From: Moniliella sp. 'wahieum' | Lineage: Eukaryota | Reading direction: 5' to 3' | Assembly (NCBI GenBank): GCA_003971905.1 | Contig: RSEE01000061.1 | Location: forward strand, 186,001-250,000 | Length of the DNA stretch: 64,000 nucleotides | Program-made: the position numbers and the translations under genes | Notes under the pieces: generated by a model | What the model saw: the letters and a program-made list of their open reading frames with translations, nothing else | Database searches by the model: none | What the model was told of the DNA's origin: nothing | Shown here: positions 12,520 through 25,870 of the stretch, piece by piece | How the letters are laid out: each line of letters opens with the position of its first letter | Position numbering within the stretch: position 1 is the first letter of the stretch

Positions 12520-14153
12520 TTACCCACTTAGCTGTTGGTTCCGCGCCGCTTCCCGAGCCCGACGAACCTCCGTTGTGATTTCCTCGTCCGACTTGAGTTC
12601 GACCGACCAGTAGATGGGCGTGTTGGTTTGGATTTCGACGTGCCATCGCCCGTCAGGTGGTTGGAGGTGGAGAGAAGGCCGCCAAGATGGGTGGTTTGGT
12701 TGGGCGATAAATTCCATTCCAACCCTTTGTCCCCACCCTCGCACCGCCACCTTGCATCCCGATACCGAGCGGAAGGACACCGCATGTCTTTCCCAAAAGC
12801 CGACGGTCCAACTCGATTCGATGCTCCCCCCTCGGCAAGAGCCAGACAAGGCTATCGTCGCTGACAACGTAGGTGTGGGTACGTTTTTGGAGGAAGCCGC
12901 CCCGCTGGGACTCTGGTCTGGAGGGTTGGGGTCATACACTCCACTCAGGACCGGCACCCCGTAGCCATTTGCCAAAGAACGTGGAGGGTATGGTTTGTCT
13001 GATCGAACCGACCTGACAGGCCACCGTAGATGACCACATCTCGCCTCGTCTCCAGCATACTCGTCCTCCAAATCCTCGACGCGTTGCAGGCTCTTTTGGA
13101 GGTCGGTCGAATACTGAGACGGACGGGGGAGAATCTGGGTCCCGAGACCGACAAAGAAGTCTTTGACATCCTGCCGCAGTGAATCCAGGTCCCAATAATT
13201 TCGTCCGGCGGGATCATCTTGTGAATTCCCACCCGGTGTGGCGTGTCATTCGCCAGAGCCACATTGGTGAACCCTCGTCCACAGAACATATCGTACAGCC
13301 GGTTCGCCGCGCCATCCGCACAGACACGGACCGCAGCTTCGCATGGTTAGCATCCTCTTGCTTTTGCTCTGGCAGGGGCAACGTGAGCGTACCTCGGCTC
13401 CAAAGACGTTCAAACGAAAGAATGTGGCTTTCCCAAATGGCCTGGTTGAGCATCACAACAAAGTACCGCTGTTTTGACTCCTTGGGGTCAAAGAAGTTTG
13501 AGGGCGCCCAAGTTTGGTTGTAAGGCTCAAACAGACCTGCATCAGCATCGGCGACTTGAACAGGCTTGACCTCCGGGCCATCCACCTCGGCCATTGGTTC
13601 GTCTTCAGGAGAGTTATCGTGGAAAAGCTTGGGGGACGCCAAGGCTCGCTGGGGAATTTGAGCCTGGTTCGGAGAGACGTTCCTCTGCATCGAGCGATTC
13701 CTTTTTCGCCATGACTGTGTCCCCTCGGGCGCAGGCTTGGCCTGCTGACTCGACTTTCTCCGTACACGCCAGGCGGGAGACGTCGGGGGTCCAATTCGCT
13801 CGTGGTCGTTACATAGGGGCGAGGCGCATCGTCTCGTTGCCTCGGCGGGAGGAGGGGCTGACAAGGCCAGGGGGAGGCGAGTTGTGTGGGCGCTGCCTTG
13901 GAGGGGTCATTGCTGGGGGGTACGTCGTCGGTGGGAGACGTGCGTGGGCGGAGGAAGATGCGACGGGGAGTAGCCGGGGGGCGTTTGCCACGAGCTTTCG
14001 CGCGTGATTTTGTGAACCAGTAGTAGTCGCCCTTGCGCGACTGGAGGAGAACCAGCTCTTGCGCACCTTGGCGGCGGAATAGGCCTTGCCGTTGACCACG
14101 ATGCTTCCCTGGGGCGCGGCATTTCCGGCGTCCGGCGCGGTCGTCGTCGACAT
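12520..14153 (-). CDS. THI80: Thiamine pyrophosphokinase with long N-terminal extension (intron from 13392; frameshifts)
   Basis: VVMLNQ; after splicing VRVCADG(G)ANRL; PPDEIIG(D)LDSL; VVIYGGLSGRFDQT.HTLHVLW; LGKTCGVLPLG; KGLEWNL. Confidence 0.85.
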
Positions 14154-14529
14154 TGGGGCGACAGAGGCGGGCGGACAGGGGAGGATGGAAGAAGAAGCGG
14201 CAGGTGGTTCCGAGGCTGGCCAGCGATTGTGATTATCATAATCATCACCGAACGATGGCTGTCCGGCGTTCGCTCCCGACCACCAGCGGTGCTGTGGGTT
14301 TCAAACTCACACGAACGAAAAAAGGACGCCCAGTCGGGTCGAACGACGCAGGGTCGAACTGCAACCTCCTGATTACAGCCAGTCGTAGTCAGACGCGCTA
14401 CCATTGCGCCAGCCGTCCTGCCTTTGCTGGCCCTCCCGTCGCTCGCAGCACGCCGCATGAACGTTTCAAGCGCGTCCGCCGCCGAGACGCGGCGCGTCCT
14501 TCATCGATCCGCACCATCTGTCACACGTC

Positions 14530-14606
14530 ACGCGTCCTCCTGGTCGCGCACCACTGCCCCCCTGCCGGGCGCGGCTGGCGCGCCGGCTGCGCCCGCTGCT
14601 ACGCGT
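14530..14606. promoter_or_regulatory. Two MCB (ACGCGT) boxes upstream of TOF1
   Basis: ACGCGT at 14530 and 14601, within 130 bp of ATG 14656. Confidence 0.55.
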
Positions 14607-14655
14607 CGGATGCGTCGGGCGCGGCGTACCTCCCCCCCCACCGCTCTCCTCCAAC

Positions 14656-17600
14656 ATGGACGAAAACGACTACAGCTCCCGCGACGAGTTGGACATCGAG
14701 CTCGATGGCCAGGGCGCCATTGAAATCAGCGACTCGAGCGACGACGACGAGGTTGTTCCCTACCGCGTCGCCCTGCCTCCCGCGCCCCCGCGCGGGAGGA
14801 TGGACGAGTGGCGGCAGACCATCCAGGGCGAGGAGCCCGAAGCCGAGGCAGATGACGAGCGTGCCATCGACCTTGACGCGGATTCATCCGACGAGGAGCT
14901 CGAGCGCGACCCTGGACCCAGAGCTGCTCAAGGCGCTGGACCAAGATGGGATGGACGAGCTGCGCGTGCCCGTCAGGGCCTCGCCTCTGCATTGGGCGGG
15001 TACGAGGACGTGGAAATGCCAGATGGAACGGTGGCCGAGAGCTACGTTCCGGGCGACGACTGCATTGGTACGATTTGCTGCTTGTTACTGCTTGCTTAAG
15101 CCCTGCTGACCCCCACAGGCTGTCTGCGCGATCTTCGCAAGCTCTGGCGACGCGACGATGACGATCCTTCCCGCAAGGTCGCACGCATGTACGCCGAGGT
15201 CAACCTCCTCGGAAACGACCTGATCCCACTTGTCCTTGCGACTGTGGGGCGAAGTGAGGAAGCCACAAAATTGCGCTGGCAGCCAGTACGTCTCCTTCCG
15301 CCTCCTCTGTGGAAGACCCTCTAACTTTGCCTACTCTCGACAGTGGACTTGATCACATCCATGACCTGGCCTGTGCACGTGGAGGCAGAAGCTCGTGCTG
15401 CGCACGAGCATGGCGAGAACCTTGATCTCCTCTTGCATCTTGCCACACTGGAAAAGGCGCAGCAAGAATACAAGACCTTGATCATTCGTGCTTCGCAAGG
15501 AGAGGATAAGAACTTCCTCCGGATGCTTGTACATGACCTGCTTGTGCCCACTCTGACCACCCCGAGATGCACCGCACCGATCGGCACACGGGCACCATCT
15601 CCATGTGCATGCACTTGGTGCGCAATTTGCTCGAATTGCGCGACCCATGGCATTGGCCAACTCGTCCCGGAGGCTGTCGAGCGCTCCCGTGCTCAGTCTC
15701 ACCTGGTCGTTGCACTGGCCAAAACCAACTTTCTGGATGTTTTGCTCATGATCTGTAGCACGGCCGACGAGGATAAGGCTTACGAGCCTTGGTCGGCCGT
15801 GGCGATGGAGTGTGTGTACCATATGTATGTTGGCACCTCCGTCCGTGCCGTTGCCGGCGTCTGGCACGACTGGGATGACCTCCATGGCGAAGAGGAGGGG
15901 GCCGACGAGGCCAAGCAAGTTGCCAATGAGCGCAAGATGGAGATGCGGCACCAGCTCGCACAAAGTCTGTTTGCCGAGGAAAAGATCAAACGCACACACC
16001 ATCTCCAAGTGGGTCCACGCCACCCCAAGTTTGGCACCACCATTGCGTACCAAGACTCGAATGGCCGTCACCGATTGCACGCAACCCGATCGCTCTGCGC
16101 AAGACCGTGGCAGTTGCAGAGCGAGGTGGAAAAGCGGGATCGACGTCGTCCGCCTCGTAGGAGGAGGGCCGTGGTAGAGCCAGGAGGCGTAGTAAGCAAG
16201 CCCCCCTGGACTTCGGAGGGGGTGGTATGTGTTCGTCGATGGGGCGACCGCTTCATTCAACAAGGCTTCACCCCTCTCACTCGTTCCATGTGGAAGGCAA
16301 TCCGCATGGAACATGCCAAAGTCGGCAATGTCGATCTTGCCCGGTTGAGGACGATGCAATTGGGCACCTGGTTCTTGGACTACTTTCTCACGCGCCGGGA
16401 GATGTACGCCGACATGGTGTCCAAACGTGAGGAGGAGGAGCTCAAGGCCGAACGGGCCCGGCAAGAGAAGAGGCAACAAACTTGTTCTTTGTCCCCCTCC
16501 CAAGGAAAAGAGCAAGACGGCAGATGGGATTGCGCCGCTCGAGGAGGCCTGGGACTTTGCAGATGTGTTTGAATGGACCAAGCCGTGGGCTCTTCGACTG
16601 GTTTGTTCGATCGGCAGAGACCCTCGAATTCAAATCATGGCTCGAGTTCAATGCGGTGGTCAATCTCTGGACGATGCTTTTCCGCACGATGGATGCCCTC
16701 TCACGGAGTGCCCGCGAGGCCGACCGCACCGTGGGAAAGTCGCACAAGAGCAAGTGTTCTACGACCGCGAGATGCTGAAACAATGTCGTACCATCATGGG
16801 AGCGTTCAAATCGCAGAGTGTGGCAACGTTGACGGCAATCGAGGCATTCACATACACCATGCCCAAGCTACTGGAACGCTTCTCCAACGGCAAGGAGTAC
16901 ATGTATGTCCGGGCCCGTGACCGGGCCAAGAACAACGCAAGAGGAGCAGAGGATCTTGCGGATCAACATCGGCATTTAAGAGCACGCCTTTACCTTTGGC
17001 TCTTTCCAGCGAGACCTGGCCACCAAACCGATTGCATCGACTGCCATTCTCTACCTTGAGCGCTGGCCCGACTTCACCACGGACCATGAGTTAGAAATGG
17101 TGGTCCATGTCATTCATCGTCTGGCAATCAAGTGCCACAGCCGGCTCTCTTTTTTGGGCCCAAGAACAAGATCTGTTCGCCAAGTTTTCAGACCCCGACC
17201 AAATGGCCCAATTGGAAGCTATCGCACCCAAAGCCAGCCGGGACCTGAAGAAATTGGTAACCTACATCCAGCGCAAGTATAACAAACTTAGCCCTGAGGA
17301 CAAGGAGGCTTACCGCACGGGCAAACGCGCACCACGCCCCCCAAGCATTCCGAGGCCCCACGGGAACTGATCGTGCGTGGTGCACGGCCTGGGAAGGAAA
17401 AGTTGGCCATCGCAGCTGCCGTGGTGATCGAACAGCAGATGCTCAGCGTCCTTCTCTGGCTCGTTGCCCGACTACAGCTCGCCCAAGCCCGTCGGGCCAC
17501 CGAGCTCAGGAACAAGATGTATCTGGACAAGGAGGGAGCGAAGATTACGTTTTTCCCTACGACGGCGATGCCGAGCTGGAGTCGTGGGCCTCGACCGTGC

Positions 17601-18650
17601 CCGAGGTATGGCTACTGTTGAATCTTGCCGGCCTCGAGGCGCAGGTAGATGAAGTGGATGAGACCCGTCCTTGGACTTGGGTCTTGCCCTCTGCTGTCCT
17701 ACTGAGATGGTTGGGGAAACCATCGCCTTGCTCGAGGAGTCATTGCTCACCCTTCCGCAACGGCGACGAGCCCGCACGCAAGTTACTGATGAAGAAACCG
17801 CAGCGCGCCGCACGCCCAGGAAGCTACCATCCTGGAGACGAAGATGTGATAGCGATGATCGCTCCCGAGCAGTCGGAGCAATCCGAGCAGTCCGATGCAT
17901 CTGTGTCGGCTACAACAGACCATGGAGAAACGGGCTGCAGCACGCGCAAAGTCCCGCCCCAAGCCCCGCCCTCGGGCAAAGAAGGGAGCCATGCGGGCTG
18001 CCAAGGGGGCGTCTACCGAATCGGATGCAAGTGTTGATTCGGACGCTGACCTTGCCGCGATTGAGGCCCTGATGCCCCCGCGCGACAGCTCATCGCCACC
18101 CAGACGGCCGAGCCCCTTCGACGCACCGGCGTCAGAGGGAGGATCCGTCTCCTCTCCCCCCCCGAGCGGGCCGCAGGGAAAGCGGCGCGGTGCTGGCTTG
18201 TTCCTTGGTTCTGACGATGAGGAAATGAGGAGATGGAAGAGGAGGCACTGCCTCTTTCCCCGAAACGGGACCCGCGGGGGAGCCTGTTCCGTGCAAGCGC
18301 GTCGCCCGAGCGGGGAGTTCGCGTGCCGACGGCCGAACTGAGCCCTGGGGCGGCCAAGCGCGCGAGCGCAATGAGAAGGAGGCGGCGCTGCGGGCGCTTT
18401 TGTTGGCTATGGATGAGAGGAGGGGGAAGATGTTGAGGGAGAGGGGGAGAAGGAAGAGAGGCACCCGAGCCGCAAGACCCGCTTATAGCGGGGCTGAAGC
18501 GGACATGGGAGCGGCACATGTCGCTAGAGGAGCGGCCTGGCGAGGCAGCAGCGGCGTATGAGGGCGTATTGCCGCCACTGGCATCCGGGGCGCAAACGGC
18601 GGGCGGTGATCGTGGACGAGGACGAGGACGAACGAATAGTGGGGGAATGA
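14656..18650 (+). CDS. TOF1: Replication fork protection factor Tof1/Swi1/Timeless (introns 15068-15118, 15286-15343; frameshifts; 3' end approximate)
   Basis: ALGGYE..YVPGDDCI|GCLRDLRKLWRRDDDD..RKVAR..NLLGNDLIPL; DLITSMTWP; RHPKFGTTI; acidic C-terminus. Confidence 0.85.
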
Positions 18651-19252
18651 ATCACACCTCGATAAGCATAGAGTGCGCCTGCTCGGGTGGGCGGAGGAAA
18701 TGTTGGGCTGTAGCAGCGTCACCATGAAGAGACGCTCCTACCATAGCAGTGGTGTGGCTGCCGGTCTGCGCTCTCCTCATGCAATGCAGGAGGATGGGTC
18801 AGCAGCCTGGCGAGATAAAGACCGCTTCGTCCCGAAATCCACCCTGGGTCCCGTCCGAACGTCTGCCAGCTGCGTACATAGCACAGCGGCGTGTCATAGT
18901 AGGCACGAAACTACTAATCGAAGACGCTTTGGCGGTGAGACCTAAAGCCACACCCTGCCACGGCGTCATGGAACCTGGCACATCGTATGCGACCTATAAG
19001 TTTTGGACGCACCGCGACCAACCCGAAGTGCTACTCATTACTCGGTAGTCCTCCGTCTCTTCGCTTGGCAACGTCTAACATCGTCTACTGCTCTCTCGAC
19101 AAAATTGGGTCTGGAGATGCACAAACCATAGGTATGCTATTTTGAACCCTAAAAAGGGAGAGGGCATAGATGTGGTCGATTCAACAATAGAGTCGACACC
19201 AGAGAAGGGGGGAGGCAGTAGAGCAAGGTGAAAGGAAAATGGGCACTTGTGC

Positions 19253-20148
19253 TCAGAGCTCGCCAGCGGCAAAGGCAGCCTTCTTGGCAGCAATGCGCTC
19301 CTTGCGCTGCGCGTACGTGAGCTTGACCTGTTTGAACTTGAGCGACTCCTTCTTCCAGTGCTCGACATCCTTCTTGGTCGGCTCAAAGTCGGGGTTTTCC
19401 CGGATCTGCTCGTAGGCCTTCTCGTAGATCTCCTCAATGTCGTCCGACGAGATGTCGTCGGCGAGGTAGGAAGCAAAGTGCTTCTTGAAACGCTCGTCGT
19501 CCTCCTCCTCGAGCGACTCCATAAACTCAGCCACGTGCCCGCCAAAGATGTAGTTGCGGAGAACGTCGGCATCAAGCTCTTTCTCTCAGCGTCGTAGCCG
19601 GGGAAACGCTTGGGCGAGTGGGGGACAAAGAGGCCGCCATCCGAAGCACCCTTCATCGCGGCAAACACGCGCGAACCGGTCGAGGTGCGCTTGAGACCAA
19701 CGTCAAGGAAAACCTTGAAGGGGCGGGGGACACCCTCCTCCTCCAGGGCCTCAGTCTCGGTGAACTCACCATCTGGCTCAGCCACACCCTCGTACTTCTC
19801 GTCGAGGCCGAGCTTCTTGAGCGCACGGCGGGCAACCAAGAGACCCGTAGCGTAGGCAGCAGTCCAGTTGGACAAGCCGTGGTTGATGCCGTACTTGGGC
19901 AGCTCCTTGGAGTGGGCGTGGGCAAACACCACGTCGCCCTGGATCTTGGCCGCAACAATCTGCACCGTCACGTACTTGTTGGAGAAACGGACGACCAGAC
20001 GGTACTTGGGGGCGTTGTACTTGTTCTTGGCCTGGGTCACCAGAGCACGACGGGCAGCAAAGTCGGTCTTGCCCTCACGGCGACGACGGTACTTGACCTG
20101 GTACCGCGAGAAGTAGGCCGAAGTCTTAACTTGCTTGACGAACGCCAT
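19253..20148 (-). CDS. RPL5: 60S ribosomal protein L5 (uL18), intronless; frameshift near 19585
   Basis: [75 protein letters not shown]. Confidence 0.98.
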
Positions 20149-20236
20149 TGTGGCCGGATGGTGGTTGCTCGTGTGTCCCGAGGGCGGCGTGGGTTTGTGT
20201 GAGCTGGGGGCCCAGCTGCCGTAGCAGAGGGGAAGA

Positions 20237-20245
20237 CTAGGGTTG
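20237..20245. promoter_or_regulatory. Telo-box-like CTAGGGTTG in the RPL5/RPL15 bidirectional promoter
   Basis: Same motif recurs at 2278, 32089, 35812 and 48538 upstream of housekeeping genes. Confidence 0.55.
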
Positions 20246-20449
20246 CGGTCGGAATCGGCCCCAGCAAGAAAAAAAGTGCAAGAAGAAAAGCACCAGAGCA
20301 GTGTCGCGAAGGCAAATTGGCATGGCTGCGGCGTATTATTGGGCGGGAGTAGGGTTGCTCCAGGCCGCCGCTTTGTCCTCGCCTGTCAGCGCCGCCCTGG
20401 GCTTGGTGGAACTCCTTGTCGGACCAAACGCAAGAACAAGAAGGCCACG

Positions 20450-21055
20450 ATGGGTGCCTACACGTATCTCCAGACGCTCTACAACAACAAGCAGTCGGAC
20501 GTGCTCCGTCTGCTCTTCCGTCTGCGCTGCTGGGAGTACCGACAGCTCAACGCCATCCACCGCGCCTCGCGCCCTCGCGCCCCGACAAGGCCCGCCGCCT
20601 GGGCTACAAGGCCAAGCAGGGCTACGTGATTACCGTGTGCGTGTGCGCCGTGGCAACCGCAAAAAGCCCGTCAGCAAGGGTATTACCTACGGTAAGCCCG
20701 TGCACCAGGGTGTCAACCACCTCAAGTACCAGCGCACTCTTCGCTCTACCGCCGAGGAGCGCGTGGGCAAGAAGTGCGGCAACTTGCGCATCCTCAACTC
20801 GTACTGGATCAACCAGGACGGCATCTACAAGTACTACGAGGTGATTGCTGTTGACCCCTCCCACAAGGCCATTCGCCGTGATGCGCGCATCAACTGGATT
20901 GTGGGCCAGAAGCACCGCGAGTCGCGTGGCCTCACTGCCACGGGCAAGAAGAGCCGCGGCCTGGGCAAGGGCCACCGCTTCAACAAGACCCAGCACGGTG
21001 GCAAGAACGCCACCATCAAGAAGCGCGACACGCTCCCTCCGCGCGCTACCGGTAA
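20450..21055 (+). CDS. RPL15: 60S ribosomal protein L15 (eL15), intronless; frameshifts
   Basis: [69 protein letters not shown]; ends RYR*. Confidence 0.98.
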
Positions 21056-22187
21056 ACGGATCTACCTTCCTTCCCTCGGCGCAGCATGGTCCGTGTTATC
21101 ATTTTGTCTTGTTGATGGGACACGCTCGCGTATCCCTCCACATGTGCACGTCCGTCTCCTCGTCGCTTGGTTACTTGTCGACAACAGAGGCAAGGCCCCA
21201 TGCTTTATCTCCTTCAAAAATGCTATGGCATTCATCGCCCTCAAAATGCTTCTATGTATTCGTTATGTGATGTAGTTACCTCTCCAACTTACGGGACAGA
21301 GGCTAGAGTTGGGAACAAGAGCAGTTCACTTCCCTGATCATTTGCTCCGCTTGACTGAAAGGGAAATCAAGTATAGATCTTAGGGTACTTTTTCGACAAC
21401 TGCAGGAGATGTGCAGTAAGTCCAAGACGAAGTGAGTAGGAATCTGCTCCGGCAGTCTTGCTAATAACCAAGGCAGCACTCTTCTTCACTTCACGGATCG
21501 AAAGTGCGAAAGGAGAGAACTGGGCCCCGTGAGCCACATTTACCCATTGAATCTCATTCATAGCATGAGGTCAAAGTGTTGCCACCGGTGCGACGCCACA
21601 GCCACTTGCATGAGCTACAGAGGCTAGGGAATATTCCTGCCTCCAGGAAAGAATATATTGGAAGGAGTGAACAAGAAGGTTCCGGGCTGAGCTACCGGCG
21701 CCACTACACAATGTGGCTTCCCACTGAGGAGTATCAGTCACCTATAGCACTTGGCGGTGGCAAGAAACAGAAGATCGTATCTGGCACGTTGGTGAGGTAA
21801 TGTGGCAGTATGGTAGTTGAGTGATTAGTCTCCAAAAAACGGCGCATCGCGCAAGGCCGAAAAGAATCGTCCGTCGCCGGAGGTTGCGGGGAATCGAGTG
21901 AGGCGTGGGCGTCAATAGCAAATAAAGGTGTCGCACTTCGATAGTAAGCTCAGATCTCTCGGCGCGGGTCGCGGTTGGGGAAGGGGTTGACGTTGTCACG
22001 GCACGTATGTGGCCCAGCTTCGTCGCAGCAGGCCTTTTGTTGGGGGTTGCTGCACCGTCTCCACATCACAACTAATTTTCAAGTATTCAATCTCTTCCTC
22101 TGGAGATATATATCGGGACCAAGGCGTTGTGTTTCTTCCGCCTCTATGGCATACTACTAGTCTGGCCTGCAACGACGGATCATCCGA

Positions 22188-25100
22188 TCAGGAAGGGCCA
22201 CACCACAAGTCCTGTCCTGCTCGGCGTATCATACAGGTGGGAAGGATATTAATACGGACGCCGGTGCGTGCACAATGTGCGCACGGAGAGTGTAGCGCCA
22301 CCTGAAAGGAGGGGGCGGAGGAGGGGTATCTGGCCGCTAGGAGCGCAGGAGGCACCGGAATGGAGGGTAATGGCGCGGGACGCGTGACAGGAAACGACTG
22401 AGGGGGGGGGGGGGGGGGGGGTGCGAACTCAATGCGCACATCAACTCAACGAGTGAAACACGGGTTCTTTGAGTTGGCGTATAGGAAGCCCACAATGCGA
22501 AAGGGAACCAGGGTCATCGGTAATAAGGAGTGAAGGAAGAGCGCAAGGCAAACGGCGAGGCAAACAACTCCAGCACTCAGGAAGGCGGGTAGAGTGGAGG
22601 GTGGCCCGCGTTCGTAGGGGGGAAGTGGGGAAGAGGTGCGGGAACGGGTGAACGGGAGTGCGAGGTGGGAAGATTGAGGTTGAGGCCCAAGCGTAAATCC
22701 CAGTCAGGTGGGACGAAGGGGAGCGGTGCGGGGACGCGGGTCGTGCCCATGTCTGGCGGAGGGGAAGGGAGTCCAAGGTATGTGCTCTGTCCCCTCTAAA
22801 GCCGGGGGAGGAGAGTGCAGAGATGAGGGAGCAGTCCGGGGAGGCAAGTGGGTTTGCGCCCGGGGGAAGATACGTGGGATTGCCTTGCGTTTGCCCGCCT
22901 ATTGTGGCTGGAGCGGGATGCAGTCTGTGCGGAAGAGGAGGGGCAGAGGTAGAGGCAGCGGCTGAGGCAGAGGGGTGCAGCAGCCGCCGTAGAAGGGTTG
23001 GACAAGGGGCGCGAGGGGGAGCGGTAAGGTGTAACCCATGGTGCGTGAGTGGGCTAGAAGGCAACCCCGAACGGGAGGAGAGGGAGACCCCGCGGAGCAA
23101 CTCCGGCCTTGAGAGCGGCTGCGACCTTTGGAACGTCGGCTGCCACTTGAGGCACGGGATGCGTTACGCAAGGGGCGGGGATTGAGGGCGGGGGAGTTAT
23201 ATACATTCGCTCCTAGCATGTTGCTCAGATCGGTAAGCAGCTCCGAGTCGATAGAACTGTGAGCGCCGGACCTGCCAGCTGCGTGACCACGAACACGCCG
23301 GGGCGCCATCCACGGCGCACCGGTTTGGTTGGACAAGGTGGAGAACTGCGAATAGTGCGAGTACACACTCCCCTGGTCGAAGCTGGAGACACTCCCTGTG
23401 GAGGTGGCAGTGCCCTCTCTGAAAGGACGGGGGCGCATCCGTTGGGCTGAGACGGAGGGAGAGACGTGGGCCTGCCCTCCGTCCTCTCGGGGGGAGCCAG
23501 GCCTAATATAGGGACGCCAAGTGTATGGCTTGACCCATGGGTAAGGACGGGATCAGACAACGTGGTTTCCACCGACGCCACACTCACAGCCCGGGTACGT
23601 GACGATGCACGGGATAGTCTAACCATACAGGCCATGCTGTGCATGCGTTCCTCCTTGGGACTGGGAGCCGGCCATACCAAAGGTGTTTGTTGCTGTGTGC
23701 CCGATGAGCCGAGACGGCCGACAGAGCCGGAGAGGAGGTACCAAGGGTGAAATGGTCGTCTCCTGCTGGACTTGGACTGTCATATCCAGTTGCAAGCTCC
23801 TCCACGGGTTGTATCTGCCATGCCAGATTGTCTTCTGGGGAGAGGAAGGTGCGAGATGGAGGGTCATGGTAAAACCCTGAACGCCCAGCCGATTCCGAAC
23901 CGTCTTGAGCATACCCGAGCTCGCCATCATGGGCACCAATCATTGTAACATGCGTGGGGAGTGCCTCTGGCCCGTCGAGTGTACGCAATCCCACGTCGCG
24001 GCGAGTCAGGAGGGCGCGTGCACGACCCTGACCCTTGGCCTTGCGCGCCCCGTACTCCCCTTCCTCTCGCAATTCTTCGGTCAGAGGTGGTGGGGGTAAA
24101 GATGTTGTGGTACGTGGCCCGCGGAATACAGGTCGGCACGAGACATCTCATGACTAGGCTCAGGGACGGGGTAACCAGCCGTTGAAGGTGTCTTGCGCGA
24201 GGGAGACTTGGGGTGCTGGCTCGTGTTAACGGACCTGCCGCTGCCAGCGATGGGTGCGTATATAGCTCCATTGGGCGGGTAGAGGTGTTTGACATGCGGA
24301 GGTATCCCCGCAGGTACTGTTTCAACAGAGGCCAAAGGAGAAATGTCCGGATGGGCGTTGACGGATGAGACCACGGCGGGAGCAACGATTGAGTTGAGGA
24401 GGCAGCGATGATAGGGCACCCTGCGTACACAAGATCGGGCGGGGTGGTCGTGGAAGATAAGACAGAGGAGGAGGCAGTAGTGGAGGTAGAACCGGCGGGT
24501 TTCGGGGGACGAGCAGAGGCTGGGGCCCGCTGACCTATCAATGCAGAAGTGAGATGGCGCAGCTTGATCGAGTCCTCCAGCATATAGGGGAACTGGAGGC
24601 ATTCAGCCGCTGTTGGTCGAGCCGCAGGATCATAGCGAAGCAACTCCTGGATCAGTGCGACCAGGCTGGTAGGAATTTTTGTGCCAAACAAGGTGGAGAA
24701 CTGGACGGGGGGCGTGCGAGGCCAAGCCATACCGTCTCTCGCCATAAGCCGCTCCGCGTCGAGCCAGGGACCTCCACCTACGGGCTTGCCCGTCTTCGCG
24801 TCCAACCCCCACTCGTTAGAGGGGGAACCCAGCGTCTGAGATATGAGAAGCAGTTGATCCGCCTCGCTGGCTCCAGGAAAGAGAGGCTCGAGATTGACCA
24901 CCTCGGTCATGATGGCACCCAGTGCCCACACATCGACCGGCGCTGAGTAGTTGGTGGCACGCAGTAACATTTCAGGGGCCCGATACCAGCGAGTAGAGAC
25001 GTACGTCGAGTATGGTGGACGTGATGCCAGTTCGCGAGCCAAACCAAAGTCGGCAATCTTAACCACCACTGCCACATCCTTCTCCAACTTTCCCGGTCTG

Positions 25101-25870
25101 GTTGGATCGGGGTAATCCACGAGGCCGAGAGTGGTCAGGAGCAAGTTTTCAGGCTTCATGTCGCGATGGAAGAAGCCGTGGGCATGGACATGGGCTAACC
25201 CCTCGAGTGTCTGGCGGAAGATAGAAGCAATGAGGCCGGCAGCAAAGACCCGTCCCTTGCGGACCTTGGTGAGCTGAAATAGGTTCCCCTCGAGCGACTC
25301 AAAGACGAAGTGCAGCTGAGAGGAGCCTGGCATGAGGAAGGCATCGTATAGCGCGACAATCTGTGGGTGGTGAGGAATCTCAAGCAGCGACTGGAACGGA
25401 AGGGGGTGGAGAGGGGTCCATGGTCAGTAATCGGAGAACATACATGTTTTCGGAGGGGGGGTAGAAAGCAAACCAACGTACGCGCAACTCGCGCAGACGG
25501 AGACAGTCTTGCCAGTCTGCGTAAGGCTTTTTCATGCGCTTGATAGCGACGAGCCTCTTTCCCTTGAATTCAGATGCACGGGTAGTGTGCATGGTGCTAG
25601 GGATCATGTCATCGGGAAGGGGCGACTTCCAGTTGGCGAGGAAAACAGTGCCAAATGATCCGTCCCCAAGCTTGCGGATCACGTCGAAGTTGCGCGTGCC
25701 CACACGCATTAGGTCGGCAGCAGTTCGTGGGGGAGGGTGCGCGGTGGGTGGCACGGGGGTGGCGGACGCAGACGGGTGGATGGCCCAGCAAGACCTGAAT
25801 CGTGGGGCTCGTAGGCCAGGCCGTTGGACGCAACAGACATGTTGCGTGCAGAGCGGAGCGGCAGACTCAT
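22188..25870 (-). CDS. IME2: Ime2/Crk1 (MAK/RCK family) Ser/Thr kinase with long low-complexity C-tail (intron 25391-25481; both ends uncertain)
   Basis: LGDGSFGTV, VAIKRMKK, CLRLRELR|SL, HRDMKPENLL, IADFGLARE, YSTYVSTRWYRAPE. Confidence 0.9.

Noticed and set aside
22402..22421. G20 run as a regulatory G-quadruplex
   Set aside because: Plausibly poly-Pro coding in the kinase tail, and homopolymer length is unreliable in this assembly.
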